64,000 nt of DNA from assembly GCA_977016875.1 (NCBI GenBank), contig CDRNST010000035.1:372001-436000 (forward strand), in the 5' to 3' direction. A program made the translations under genes and the position numbers. The notes below the pieces were generated by a model. The model saw nothing but the letters and a program-made list of their open reading frames with translations, did no database searches and was not told where the DNA came from. Shown here one piece after another: positions 55,901-64,000 of the stretch. The number at the start of each line of letters is the position of its first letter. Within the stretch, counting starts at the first letter, position 1. Source of the stretch: Pavona decussata. Taxonomy: Eukaryota.

Positions 55901-58080
55901 AGACCAGACATTGCTCTTTAACCGGGATGCTGTTTTAGGATGCCAACTAATGTATCTTTAGCGATATTTTCCTTTAAACTCGGCCATTTTTTTGGCATTT
56001 GAAGAGTAGTTCAATAGGGAATCAATTAAAAATTTTGTAAAAAAATCAGATTTCGATCAAATTCCCAAAAAAGCTTCTCAACACAACAACAAACATTTGC
56101 TTGTCTCGAATAATGAGATTTTGTTCGGATTTGTAACGCTTTCTTTGTAAGGCAAATTCTTAAAAGTGTGGCCTAAAATGGCCGCTGAAAGCCCTCTCAG
56201 AGCGGTAAAACCAAGATGGTTGCACTACAGCTAAAATACAAATCGAACTGAGCTGAAAGTTATATTTATGTGAATCACTTACAAAGACCATTCTTCTGAG
56301 AAAGTTTGAGGGATTTCATTTTTTCTCGTCCAAATGACGATAGTCGATATTTGCAGAGGGCGGCTCTTAAAAGGTTTTATTACTTCTTTAATGATCACAA
56401 AACTTGCCACAACAGTAATCGCCTCGTTCAAGTGTTAATGAAGCCTTGTCTCAAACGAGGTCATCATTTCCATATATGGTATGTGGATCCAGTCTTCATT
56501 GAAACAACAGAACCAGATATACTCAGAAAACAGTAGCGAAAACGGGTAAGTTGCCGTGAAAAGAAACCAAACTTCGCGAAACTCAAGCTAGTTTACAAAG
56601 TCCAAACTCAGACCTCAGTAGAAAAGAACATCTTTTTTTAGGCAAACTCTACTTGTTCCGTGGGACAAGTGCTTTTGGAAATCCACTCATCCGAGATACG
56701 AGAGTACTCGTCTTGGACCGGCGGACGAGCGGAAGTTTTTTGCCCTGCAATGGTTTAAAACACTGTGTAATAAGTAAGGGAAAGAGATAACCATAAAGTG
56801 ATATTGATCTTTAACTATTACCCGAATCTCAGATGAGTGGAGTTTGGCTTTGAAGAACATGTATGGCAGGCCAAAGGTTTTGGACGTTTTTGTTTGTGTC
56901 CTCCACAAACAAATCAAAAGTCACATCCATTAATACCAGGATCTCAGTGTAAATCAATGAAAAACAAAAAATTACCACAGTCATGTAACATACCAACATT
57001 CTGCATGCTGCCTTCATCAGACTCGTGAATTTCTTCAATTTTTTCAGTTTTAATAACCTTTAAGCCTGAAAATAAATAATTTAAGTAATTAGGTAAAGTA
57101 AGAATGAACACTGAACCACCGAACAAAAAAAGAGAAGAAGCTGAACAACTGGATTATAGACTCTTTAATGTCACAGAGACCCAGCAACCAAACTTTAGAA
57201 GCTCAATAATGCTTATTAAAAAATCACAAGTTTAGTCTTGAGAAAGGCTGATAAAAATACTAAACAATGTCAGCTTGCATTACATCAATGTCATGTCTAC
57301 CAGTTTGAGTGCAAGACAGTTCTTTTTTCATTGTACATGTACAATGTTTTTCTTCAATAAAGTTAGTATTCAAGGCAACAAACAACGTGATAATCACATT
57401 TGGAAGGTAAATGTAGAAACTGGTCAGGTTCTGAATTATGGTGTGAAGCATTTCCACAGTGTTCAATATCATTATGATACATGTACATTATGTGTACTAC
57501 ATGAAAGTGTAATATTTAGCAGCTTTAATTTAAATGAAACAATGAAGAAGTGTTCTCAGGTCAAAATAAACTTGGAGAAAAAATCAGAGTGCTACCCAAG
57601 GGATGGGTGTTCTACATGTATTAAGCTGTATGGGAGACTTGTGGTAAGTAAGGTCATATCACTGGGTTTAAATGGGACATATTTCTTTAGTGCTAAAGCT
57701 TAAGTCTCAATAATTATTTCAACAACAAAGTGAGAAGTTAATAAATGATAGTGATTTGGAAAAATGAAACAATCTTGTCTCAAGTTAAAACAATCCTCTC
57801 AGATTGCGCATTCTCTCAGACTGCTCATCAATTTTTGGTAGAAAAGTTTTATCTGCCACTTTTTAAAAATAGTGGTCATCAATAATGTATTAAAGAAATA
57901 AACACTGTAGCAAAAGTTAAACATGGTTGTAAATTGTGCATAATTTATATTACCTGTAGGGCATCCCACAAATGTCAGTCCATACTTGGATGACACAGCA
58001 AGCAAACAAGAGCGAGCAGTGGGCATACTTTGTGGTGCCTCAAACATTCGGATCTTTCTCATTTCCTTGAAGCTAAAATC
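23539..58080 (-). CDS. NUP214: Nucleoporin Nup214 (CAN), multi-exon, 5' partial: N-terminal beta-propeller, central coiled coil, C-terminal FG repeats
   Basis: Phase-consistent GT-AG exons: 57954-58080, 56994-57065, 49368-49516, 48346-48388, 47892-48041, 47091-47161, 46781-46841, 46104-46201, 45522-45616, 44923-44992, 44022-44349, 42862-43451, 42423-42476, [41644-41729, 41040-41100, 40377-40457], 39878-39940, 37648-37806, 37364-37434, 36772-36820, 36005-36084, 35213-35266, 34201-34273, 33991-34085, 33405-33475, 33223-33306, 32037-32656, 29269-30111, 27629-28832, 26492-26602, 26178-26221, 25813-25951, 25369-25531, 24946-24981, 23743-23901, 23539-23575 (6291 nt). Diagnostic motifs: [82 protein letters not shown], terminal FSQWR*. 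Confidence 0.95.
23743..23901 (-). CDS. NUP214: Nup214 penultimate exon (FG repeats)
   Basis: [33 protein letters not shown]; AG/GT bounded, phase 2-2. Confidence 0.9.
24742..24898. mobile_element. Small palindromic MITE
   Basis: ATATCAACGCTCGAAACAGTGCTTCAACCGATTTCTAAACA is inverted against TGTTTGGAAATCGGATGAAAGACTCTTTCGCGTGTTTGATAT. Confidence 0.6.
25369..25531 (-). CDS. NUP214: Nup214 exon (FG repeats)
   Basis: [43 protein letters not shown]; phase 1-2. Confidence 0.9.
25813..25951 (-). CDS. NUP214: Nup214 exon (FG repeats)
   Basis: [41 protein letters not shown]; phase 0-1. Confidence 0.9.
27103..27536 (+). mobile_element. Tandem pair of tRNA-derived SINE-like units
   Basis: Two related units at ~27103-27355 and ~27357-27536. 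B boxes GGTTCGACTCC at 27240 and 27460; an A-box-like TAGCATAGTGC occurs in unit 1 only. Confidence 0.7.
27629..28832 (-). CDS. NUP214: Nup214 large S/T/A-rich FG-region exon
   Basis: 1204-nt exon, phase 0-1, with many FG/LFG motifs. Confidence 0.92.
28986..29020. repeat. (CAA)n microsatellite
   Basis: Perfect CAA run. Confidence 0.9.
29269..30111 (-). CDS. NUP214: Nup214 large low-complexity exon (alternative in-frame donor at 29251)
   Basis: Lies within ORF 29176-30132; acceptor ctcaacAG, donors GAG|GTCAGT or GAA|GTAAGC. Confidence 0.88.
30400..30620 (-). mobile_element. L2-clade LINE 3' end
   Basis: Minus strand encodes [13 protein letters not shown] (ORF2 C-terminus), followed by an AGCGCT...AGCGCT stem-loop and a (TAT)n-like tail. 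Confidence 0.65.
30620..31927 (+). mobile_element. Degenerate L2/CR1-group LINE ORF2 fragment (APE endonuclease and linker)
   Basis: Motifs [30 protein letters not shown] and PWFT..LR.LKR.RRRLER across frameshifts and stops. Confidence 0.88.
32037..32656 (-). CDS. NUP214: Nup214 exon (acidic tract and a two-copy GGTTFVPA repeat)
   Basis: 620 nt, phase 1-0; overlaps ORF 31995-32606. Confidence 0.88.
35383..35990 (+). mobile_element. Old tRNA-derived SINE split by a ~360-bp insertion
   Basis: Head GGAGCAGGGATGACACAGTAGTGAGAGC...GGGTTGATTCC at 35383-35460; body GGTTTTTCTCCAGGTACTCAGG...AAAAACCCACATTTCTAAATT at ~35826-35990. Confidence 0.55.
37648..37806 (-). CDS. NUP214: Nup214 coiled-coil exon
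   Basis: [19 protein letters not shown]...; phase 0-0. Confidence 0.88.
38444..39637. mobile_element. TTAA-type (Kolobok-like) MITE interrupted by a Penelope fragment
   Basis: TTAAGGAAGGTGCCTACTTATT... end versus ...AATTAGTAGGCACC end, with inverted subterminal sequence on either side of the insertion. Confidence 0.65.
38728..39512 (+). mobile_element. Penelope-like retroelement 3' fragment (GIY-YIG endonuclease), pseudogenised
   Basis: [16 protein letters not shown]...[37 protein letters not shown]...[28 protein letters not shown] across frameshifts. Confidence 0.88.
40377..40457 (-). CDS. NUP214: Chimeric Nup214 exon: 5' part copied from exon 44022-44349, fused to a unique 3' part ([27 protein letters not shown])
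   Basis: Intact acceptor gaacAG and donor ATG|GTTAGG, 81 nt, phase 0-0. Inclusion in mRNA is inferred. Confidence 0.6.
41040..41100 (-). CDS. NUP214: Duplicated Nup214 exon (diverged copy of 44923-44992)
   Basis: 61 nt versus 70 nt, same phases (2-0), intact splice sites, no stop codon. Confidence 0.55.
41644..41729 (-). CDS. NUP214: Duplicated Nup214 exon (diverged copy of 45522-45616)
   Basis: 86 nt versus 95 nt, same phases (0-2), intact splice sites, no stop codon. Confidence 0.55.
42862..43451 (-). CDS. NUP214: Nup214 exon (low-complexity linker with AFS repeats)
   Basis: 590 nt, phase 1-0; overlaps ORF 42847-43404. Confidence 0.9.
44022..44349 (-). CDS. NUP214: Nup214 exon, end of beta-propeller
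   Basis: [12 protein letters not shown]...[10 protein letters not shown]...[24 protein letters not shown]. Confidence 0.95.
47892..48041 (-). CDS. NUP214: Nup214 beta-propeller exon
   Basis: [21 protein letters not shown]...KTLATLP; phase 1-1. Confidence 0.92.
48440..48505. repeat. (TAT)n microsatellite
   Basis: Long ATT run with one interruption. Confidence 0.9.
48704..49302. mobile_element. Foldback MITE with ~170-200-bp TIRs beginning TAGTCGTCC (Academ-like terminus)
   Basis: 48704-~48900 is inverted at ~49095-49302; additional internal hairpin at ~49025-49090. Confidence 0.85.
49368..49516 (-). CDS. NUP214: Nup214 beta-propeller exon
   Basis: [16 protein letters not shown]...ALFDVPTL; phase 1-0. 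Confidence 0.92.
50346..50778 (-). pseudogene. hAT transposase N-terminal fragment (TTF-type zinc finger, ZNF862-like)
   Basis: [14 protein letters not shown]...MFCIVC...SHEKSHSH, then an in-frame TGA followed by AKNEENP...KLEKLFNS before homology is lost; no catalytic domain. Confidence 0.8.
52745..53964. mobile_element. Second copy of the 13547-14158 element, interrupted at a TTAA
   Basis: Colinear with 13547-14158 apart from the insertion at 53074-53679. Confidence 0.88.
53074..53679 (-). mobile_element. Kolobok-type deletion derivative with a truncated THAP domain
   Basis: TTAA TSD (empty site visible at ~13874); ~120-bp TIRs AGTGCCCCTAACCCTTCAATTTG; [29 protein letters not shown] resembles a THAP N-terminus. 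Confidence 0.9.
57954..58080 (-). CDS. NUP214: Nup214 5'-most exon found (equivalent to exon 2)
   Basis: [42 protein letters not shown]; phase 0-1. Confidence 0.93.
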
Positions 58081-58194
58081 CTAAAGAATCACAACAGGAT
58101 GTTACAGAGCTAATTCACGCACCTTCCCCACACTCATCTGTTGATGATGAGTTTAATGATGAAAAAAAGCATGATTTCTGGAGTGACCTTCTCC

Positions 58195-58689
58195 CCCCCC
58201 GGGGGGGGGGGGGGGGGGTACTTGGGTTCAGTTTTGCTGGGTATGTGCCGCTGGCCTCTCAGAGCCCCTGTCCCATTATAGTCTATTTTGTGGCCAGTTA
58301 TAAACCCCATCTTAGTCACTTTTGGGAAAATGTAATTTTCGCGATCCCAACTAAGTCACTTTCTATTTATGCATCTACTTCGTTCTGGACCAGTGGTCTT
58401 GTGCTATTGTGTAACTGGTTAATATTGAAGTTGTGGTTTCAAGAACGGAATGTAATGCGAGGTGATTGTTACATTTAATAAACAACTTTTTGAACTTTTT
58501 AACCGAGACCATTTTGAATCCCTACTTAATAAAATTTTCTTACCCCAAAAATCCGAAAATGTGCAACCCCATTCTAGTAACTCTATTGAAAATTCAACCC
58601 CATTCTAGTCAATCCAGTCATGAAAATGCGACCCCATCCAGCGGCACATCCCCATTAGCCTCTTATAAGGAAGTACCCCCCCCCCCGGG
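58195..58689. mobile_element. MITE with CCCGGG(G)nTACTT termini and 8-bp TSD
   Basis: CCTTCTCC at 58187-58194 and 58690-58697; inverted ends CCCGGG...GTACTT / AAGTAC...CCCGGG. Confidence 0.85.
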
Positions 58690-58860
58690 CCTTCTCCTTT
58701 AAATATCTATAGTTATTCAAGCAACATTTCCGCACAGCTCCATGTATTAATTATGTATACATTTTATGACTAAAACTATTCACACTTGCCGTTTTTGAAA
58801 GAGGATTAGTATGACAGTGGCACATGTGTACATGCATAATTAATGTATCATGGGCCATGC

Positions 58861-59122
58861 TAGCCTGTGAACAGCAGACGTATTTCCGGTTGTACCTCCG
58901 AAAAATAACGTCTGCAATCTCGAGCTCCGAAACGATTTCCATGACGTCAATAGTTCTTCACCAATCAGAATTTGGCTCTTCTGTTTGTGGAGCTAACACG
59001 TGTGGGCTTTACATGGGGATCTCGATGTCCGCGAGAAAAACAAAAATGGCGGAAGATGGGGAGAGTTCACTAGACCACGCGTTTGCCAAAGTATGTAACA
59101 TTTTCGGCTTTGAGAAGCTTAA
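58861..59122 (+). mobile_element. Possible AcademH-like left end with the start of a RecQ-like ORF, cut at TTAA by a CCCTTT-starting (piggyBac-like) end
   Basis: TAGCCTG terminus; AAAATGGCGG start at 59046 encoding MAEDGESSLDHAFAKVCNIFGFEKLN; then TTAA|CCCTTTGACTCC. The family assignment rests on a short peptide. Confidence 0.4.
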
Positions 59123-59289
59123 CCCTTTGACTCCTATCGTGTTTCCATAGGTTTCGCATAGATTAACTTTTACCTAGAGCGGTTTAACTCACTAAAATGC
59201 GCAGTAGATGAATAAATATTGTTGGCTTCCAAAATTAACTGCATGTTAAACTGGAATGATTAAACAAATGTTTTCTGACGTAAAATAAT

Positions 59290-62200
59290 TATGGAAGGCG
59301 GAATGGTGCAAAATTCAAGGAATCAAAATCGCTTCCAACATCAACAACCAATCTGCAGTTCAACATTTTCTTTCTAGATCAACAATAAAATCCGTCCAAC
59401 TTCAACGGCAAATACAATAACCAACAACGAAAGTAAGTCAACACCAACAACAATTCCTCTCGTCTTCAACAACGAATCACCTTCAAAACCAACATCGAAC
59501 AGAGTCTCAACTTCAACAACACAAAATTCGTTCAACAATTTGGGGACGAGCGACTGGCTATGGTCGGGGGAGGTTGGGACCGAAAAAATCCATCGCTGGG
59601 AAATAGAAGATGGCGGCCGGCAGGGCTCGGATGGGACTTGTGTTTTATAGATTTGGAACAGCTAGTCTTAGATTATGAGCAATTGAAAGCGTCAAACTTT
59701 ACTAGAAACTATTCCTTAGACGAAACTCTTCTGGAAAGGTTTGAAAATGCTGTCCAAGCTTTACGAAACGTGCTTCCTCATGTCCATCATTCACATTCAG
59801 TTGCTGCTATATTACATGTAACACAGTTTATTTGGTTGGCTATATCCCTGCTCAACAGTATGGATTCCCTTGGCTACTACCAGTACTATTGTCAACTTCA
59901 GTCATTTTCCTGCTTCACAAGTATTTTTGTGTTCCCCATTCATTGCATGTAATACAGCAGTTGACATGTTCTGTGTACTTAACTCGTAATGTAGCTTTGA
60001 ACATTTAGTAATCTGCTGGCATTTCCTCATTTTAAAAAAAATGCTCTTGAGGATGTATTCTGCGTAATGCCTGTTGAACTTTTGCTAATCATTCTTTACG
60101 CTTTAAATAGAATGACTGCAGTATATGCAAGAATCCCCAAGTAAAGTTCTTTTCAGCATTCACATTTGGACCTTCCCCCGAAAGGGGTACACCAGGTTTG
60201 AAACCTCAGGAGGTGTGATACATTGGGGGATTTGGAATCTGCCATGTTTTTTAAGGGTGTGGGGTAGGAAATTTTTGCTGTGAATTCTCTGGAGTAGTTT
60301 TATTTTACAAGGAAATTTGTTTTTTTATTGAAAACAATGGAGAATTGGCAGTAAACGAGTGCTTCAATACGTAAAGAAATAGATATTTGACAGGGGCATT
60401 GTGTAAGAAAAGAGGCATTTATTAAAATAACTATAGTTTTCTGATTTATTTGCATCGCACTGTTTGCAATCACCGATGACTCAATGACCACTCAAACATA
60501 TAGGCTACACAAAAGTCCGGGGGAAAGTTCTACAGTAAAAATACCCCTGCCGCTTTCCACTTGAATTCTCTTTTGCACAAGGAACATTTAATATCTTTCA
60601 CTTGGGTCATCTTTGTTTCCCCCTTAATCTATCATTGACTTTTTGCAGATCCAATTTTGATTGTGATATTTTTTTCATCTAAATCTTTTGGTGACTAGAT
60701 TTTTCAGGTTTTCCTTCAAGCCTGGGGGAGTTTGGGGGATTATAATTTATTTACCACAAATTTGCACCTCCCAATCATTTTGGAGTGCAACCATGGGGAC
60801 CTTCCCCTGTAATTCAATAGTTGAAATTAAAATCAGAACAACATTTATTTTACAAGACAAAGGTTGAAATTTTAAACTAAGAAACAGAATAAGATACATT
60901 CGAAGATACATTTGCTAAATTGACATTATGGAAATTGTAAGTTCTTGGAGGATACACAATAGGTTTAAGGAATGTAAAATGTGGGATTTTACTTAATTCC
61001 TACTCCACTTTACAACATATAAGCTTCTGGTGAGACAAGATTCAGGATGTTAAAATCCAACTTTAGATATTCAGGAATTCTTAGCTATTTTAGAATTCAG
61101 GGGTCCAAGAAAAACTTAAGTGGGAATCAGAGTTTGTGGGCATATTGCGGAACCTCTTGTACAATTTTCATGTTGATTTGAACACAACTGTTTAGTATAA
61201 AACAAACAATGTGATTTTAGTTAAAGCGTATTTGTAAACACAACAGAACACTCAGGAAAGCATTAGAAACTAGAGTGCAGACATTTGACACATGAAATAC
61301 TCTTAAATATTTACAGCCAACAAAAGCACAGAATAGAAATAGTGCTATTTTGATTTAGTAGAGTTTCATGGTTCTGATACCTGCACTCCAATCCAGAGAG
61401 TTAAGTAAAATAATATTTTCATATTCAAGCATTACATGTATGCATTTGTTCAAATTCTGTTAGCATGCCTACAATGCTTTGGAAACCCAAAGCAATCTGT
61501 TTACAGTTGGTCTGTAGTCCATGAACAGCTGTAACAAGTAGGTAATAAACATGTGAGAAATTTACCAACATGCACTGTTCAATTAGTAGCTTCCTTTCTA
61601 TGGTCCATTATTCTCTGAATCCAAGCACAATGAAGGCAGTATGGGCGAGGAGGGGCAAATGAGAGGGGGGCTGTTGTACACAGATTGCCAAGATACAACC
61701 CCAGTGACCAACATCTCTGAGAGAAGGGGAGGAGGTCCTGTACTAGTACTGTACTGTATATTGCCAAAAAGACATTAAAACCCGCAGATAACAACCTAGA
61801 TATCAGAACCTTTTTAGGCTAAAATTGTTGATTTTGATCCCTCATTTCGCTGTAAAAACCAATACTATAAGAACCTTTCTAGGCTAAAATTCTAGATTCT
61901 TGTTGGCAGGTTTTTACTGTAGTGGTCAACCACAGGATAAGCTTTGTTTGGTCATGTACCTAAGACTAAATATAAACCCTGCCAATTGAGAACGGACCTA
62001 ATTACAGAAATTCATTATTCCGACCAAATAGTGTAAAAGTCCTTCACAAAATTTGATTATTCAGATGAACAAATCTCCAGGATGTCATGCAAAATTTTGA
62101 TAAATAATATTGCTGAAAGTTTACATACAGTGAAAGGTCCCTTTTGCTTGGAAGGGCCCATATTGGAATTTCTGACCCCCAAATGTTCAGCCTTTCTCTG

Positions 62201-64000
62201 TGTACTTTACTCATTAGCAACTAGACCTTGAAGAGTAGTAAGGCAATGTGTGTATATACAGTATCAATTCCATAACGATTTGATTCTTGTAGTGGATTAA
62301 CCATAGTACATAGCTGGTCTAAGATACGATCTGAAAGTAGAGTGGCATCATCAACTTCCACTGTGGGTAATTCTTCATCCACTGGTGTAGGTGCAGCTGG
62401 ATCAAATCCATACCACTCTAAATCATCAACAGCTGGCTCCGCCTCAGCGATTTCTGCTACCGCAGTCAAAGTACGGTTTCTGATATCAACCATACCATTG
62501 GACCAGATTCTCTGTGGGCTCCAGTTGTGCTCAGTTCTAAGAGGATGGTTATTCCATGCTGTTTTAAAACTTGTAATAGCTCTGTTTATACGGGGTAGAA
62601 ACACATAATGCAGAGCAGATTTATGAATTGGGTTATCCATATTCAATAAACCATTCTCTTCCATTACCTGGAATGTGTAGTAAAAAATGTGGGCCACACA
62701 ACGAAAGACATCCCGCCAGAGCCGTTCGATTCTCTGGTTGTGGGTTGATGTGCCTGCCAAGTAGCTTCCCCTGTTTGGGCCTCTTCTTTGTTCCATTTCT
62801 TGCCAGACACCAACATTTTCCCCACCTTGATCTGTCCGGACCCTTCACGGAACGCCAAATGACTGGATGGCATCTACGAACAATTCTTTCACTGTCTCAC
62901 TGCGATTATTGCTTGAGCAGTGAAGATAAGTGATTAAACGTGAATAGCCATCAATAGCTCCATGTATAACAAATCCCCTAGATACCAGAGAATGATGGCC
63001 ATCTAGGTGCCACAAGCTGTTTGGGCCAGGCACACAGTATGCACGTCGAGAGATGGTAATGGCCCATCGAATTCTTGCATTTCTTGGATCAATTCTTGCT
63101 AGACTCTTATGAATGCGATCTCGCTGGATTCTGATTCCCTGAGAGCGAAAATATCCACGAATCATGGATGATCCAACAAAGCAACCAGTACCATGTTCTT
63201 GCATAAAGTTCCTAACTTTTTGGTCCACCTCATCATCACTAATTTCGTCAAATTTTGACAAATGCTCTAGTCCAAACTCAGCCACTCTGCGCTGAATTGT
63301 CCAGCGTGATACCAATAACATTCGAGCAATTTCATTCCAGTTAAAACCCAGTGACCTCAGCTCAATTAGAGTTTCCTCATGTATGTATATCAAACTTGGG
63401 TCTTCCTGGATGCCCGGTTTTAACACTTTCTGGTAAATTAAATGATAAAACTGCTACTTGAGAGCATCTCGAGCGACAAGGAAAATCACCATGACGAATA
63501 TAGTCCCAGTACATTAGCTGGAGATTGTGTGCAATTTCTGACAATATAGCAGCAACTGAATGTGAATGATGGACATGAGGAAGCACGTTTCGTAAAGCTT
63601 GGACAGCATTTTCAAACCTTTCCAGAAGAGTTTCGTCTAAGGAATAGTTTCTAGTAAAGTTTGACGCTTTCAATTGCTCATAATCTAAGACTAGCTGTTC
63701 CAAATCTATAAAAAACAAGTCCCATCCGAGCTCCGCCGGCCGCCATCTTCTATTTCCCAGCGATGGATTTTTTCGGTCCCAACCTCCCCCGACCATAGCC
63801 AGTCGCTCGTCCCCAAATTGCTGAACAAATTTTGTGTTGTTGAAGTTGAGACTCTGTTCGATGTTGGTTTTGAAGGTGATTCGTTGTTGAAGACGAGAGG
63901 AATTGTTGTTGGTGTTGACTTACTTTCGTTGTTGGTTATTGTATTTGCCGTTGAAGTTGGACGGATTTTATTGTTGATCTAGAAAGAAAATGTTGAACTG
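59290..64000 (-). mobile_element. IS3EU-like DNA transposon with long inverted arms (right end beyond the window)
   Basis: 59356-59813 is inverted at 63543-64000; candidate TATGG terminus at 59290; integrase-core transposase pseudogene inside. Confidence 0.75.
62207..63796 (-). pseudogene. Integrase-core (DDE, IS3/IS481-related) transposase pseudogene
   Basis: GRPKFDI-HEETL..LRSLGFNW.EIARMLLVSRWTIQRR (HTH), [46 protein letters not shown]. Lesions: +4 frameshift at ~63382, nonsense codon at 62845-62847, probable +5 frameshift at ~62257. True start uncertain. Confidence 0.9.

Larger units (their letters stand above)
50947..56366. mobile_element. TTAA-targeting (Kolobok-like) non-autonomous element with ~1.2-kb TIRs
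   Basis: TTAA at 50943-50946 and 56367-56370; termini GAGCCCCCCTCTG / CAGAGGGCGGCTC; arms 50947-~52190 and ~55175-56366, near-identical over the outer ~0.9 kb. Confidence 0.9.
50097..56747 (-). mobile_element. Internally deleted hAT-type DNA transposon with 5-bp TSD (outer element of the nest)
   Basis: TIRs CAGGGCAAAAAACTT / AAGTTTTTTGCCCTG with CAATG on both flanks; carries a TTF-type zinc-finger transposase N-terminus. Confidence 0.85.

Noticed and set aside
59560-59952. Independent 130-aa gene
   Set aside because: Truncated copy of the transposase 5' region inside the inverted arm, running into unrelated sequence.
58082-64000. Nup214 exon 1
   Set aside because: No convincing minus-strand ATG exon with a phase-0 donor was found; the region is TE-derived.
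1-64000. CRISPR array, operon or prokaryotic defence system
   Set aside because: The sequence is intron-rich eukaryotic DNA with no regularly spaced repeat-spacer array.

Overview
AT-rich animal genomic DNA with GT-AG introns; the repeat families suggest a stony coral or related cnidarian (inference). Three host genes are present. (1) A minus-strand single-pass membrane protein gene running off the left edge (exons 1286-1395 and <1-858). (2) A divergently oriented plus-strand gene of the same architecture (18969-19069 + 19630-21907, 792 aa) with a duplicated RSGSAP...IPEPDYQSV module. (3) A large minus-strand Nup214 gene (23539-58080; 36 phase-consistent exons traced, about 2096 codons; exon 1 not found and probably beyond the right edge). 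Introns and intergenic DNA are packed with transposon relics, including a four-level nest (hAT > long-TIR TTAA element > MITE > THAP/Kolobok MITE), an IS3EU-like element with long inverted arms, Penelope, L2/CR1 and DIRS fragments, SINEs and a hammerhead ribozyme motif. The most notable observations are: a ~2 kb permuted self-duplication that appears to split a Nup214 exon and add three frame-preserving, diverged beta-propeller-derived exons; a dense field of Tc1/mariner-type excision-footprint motifs (TACATGTA, TACWGTA, TACATA) confined to the Nup214 locus; and the head-to-head pair of adaptor-like membrane protein genes.
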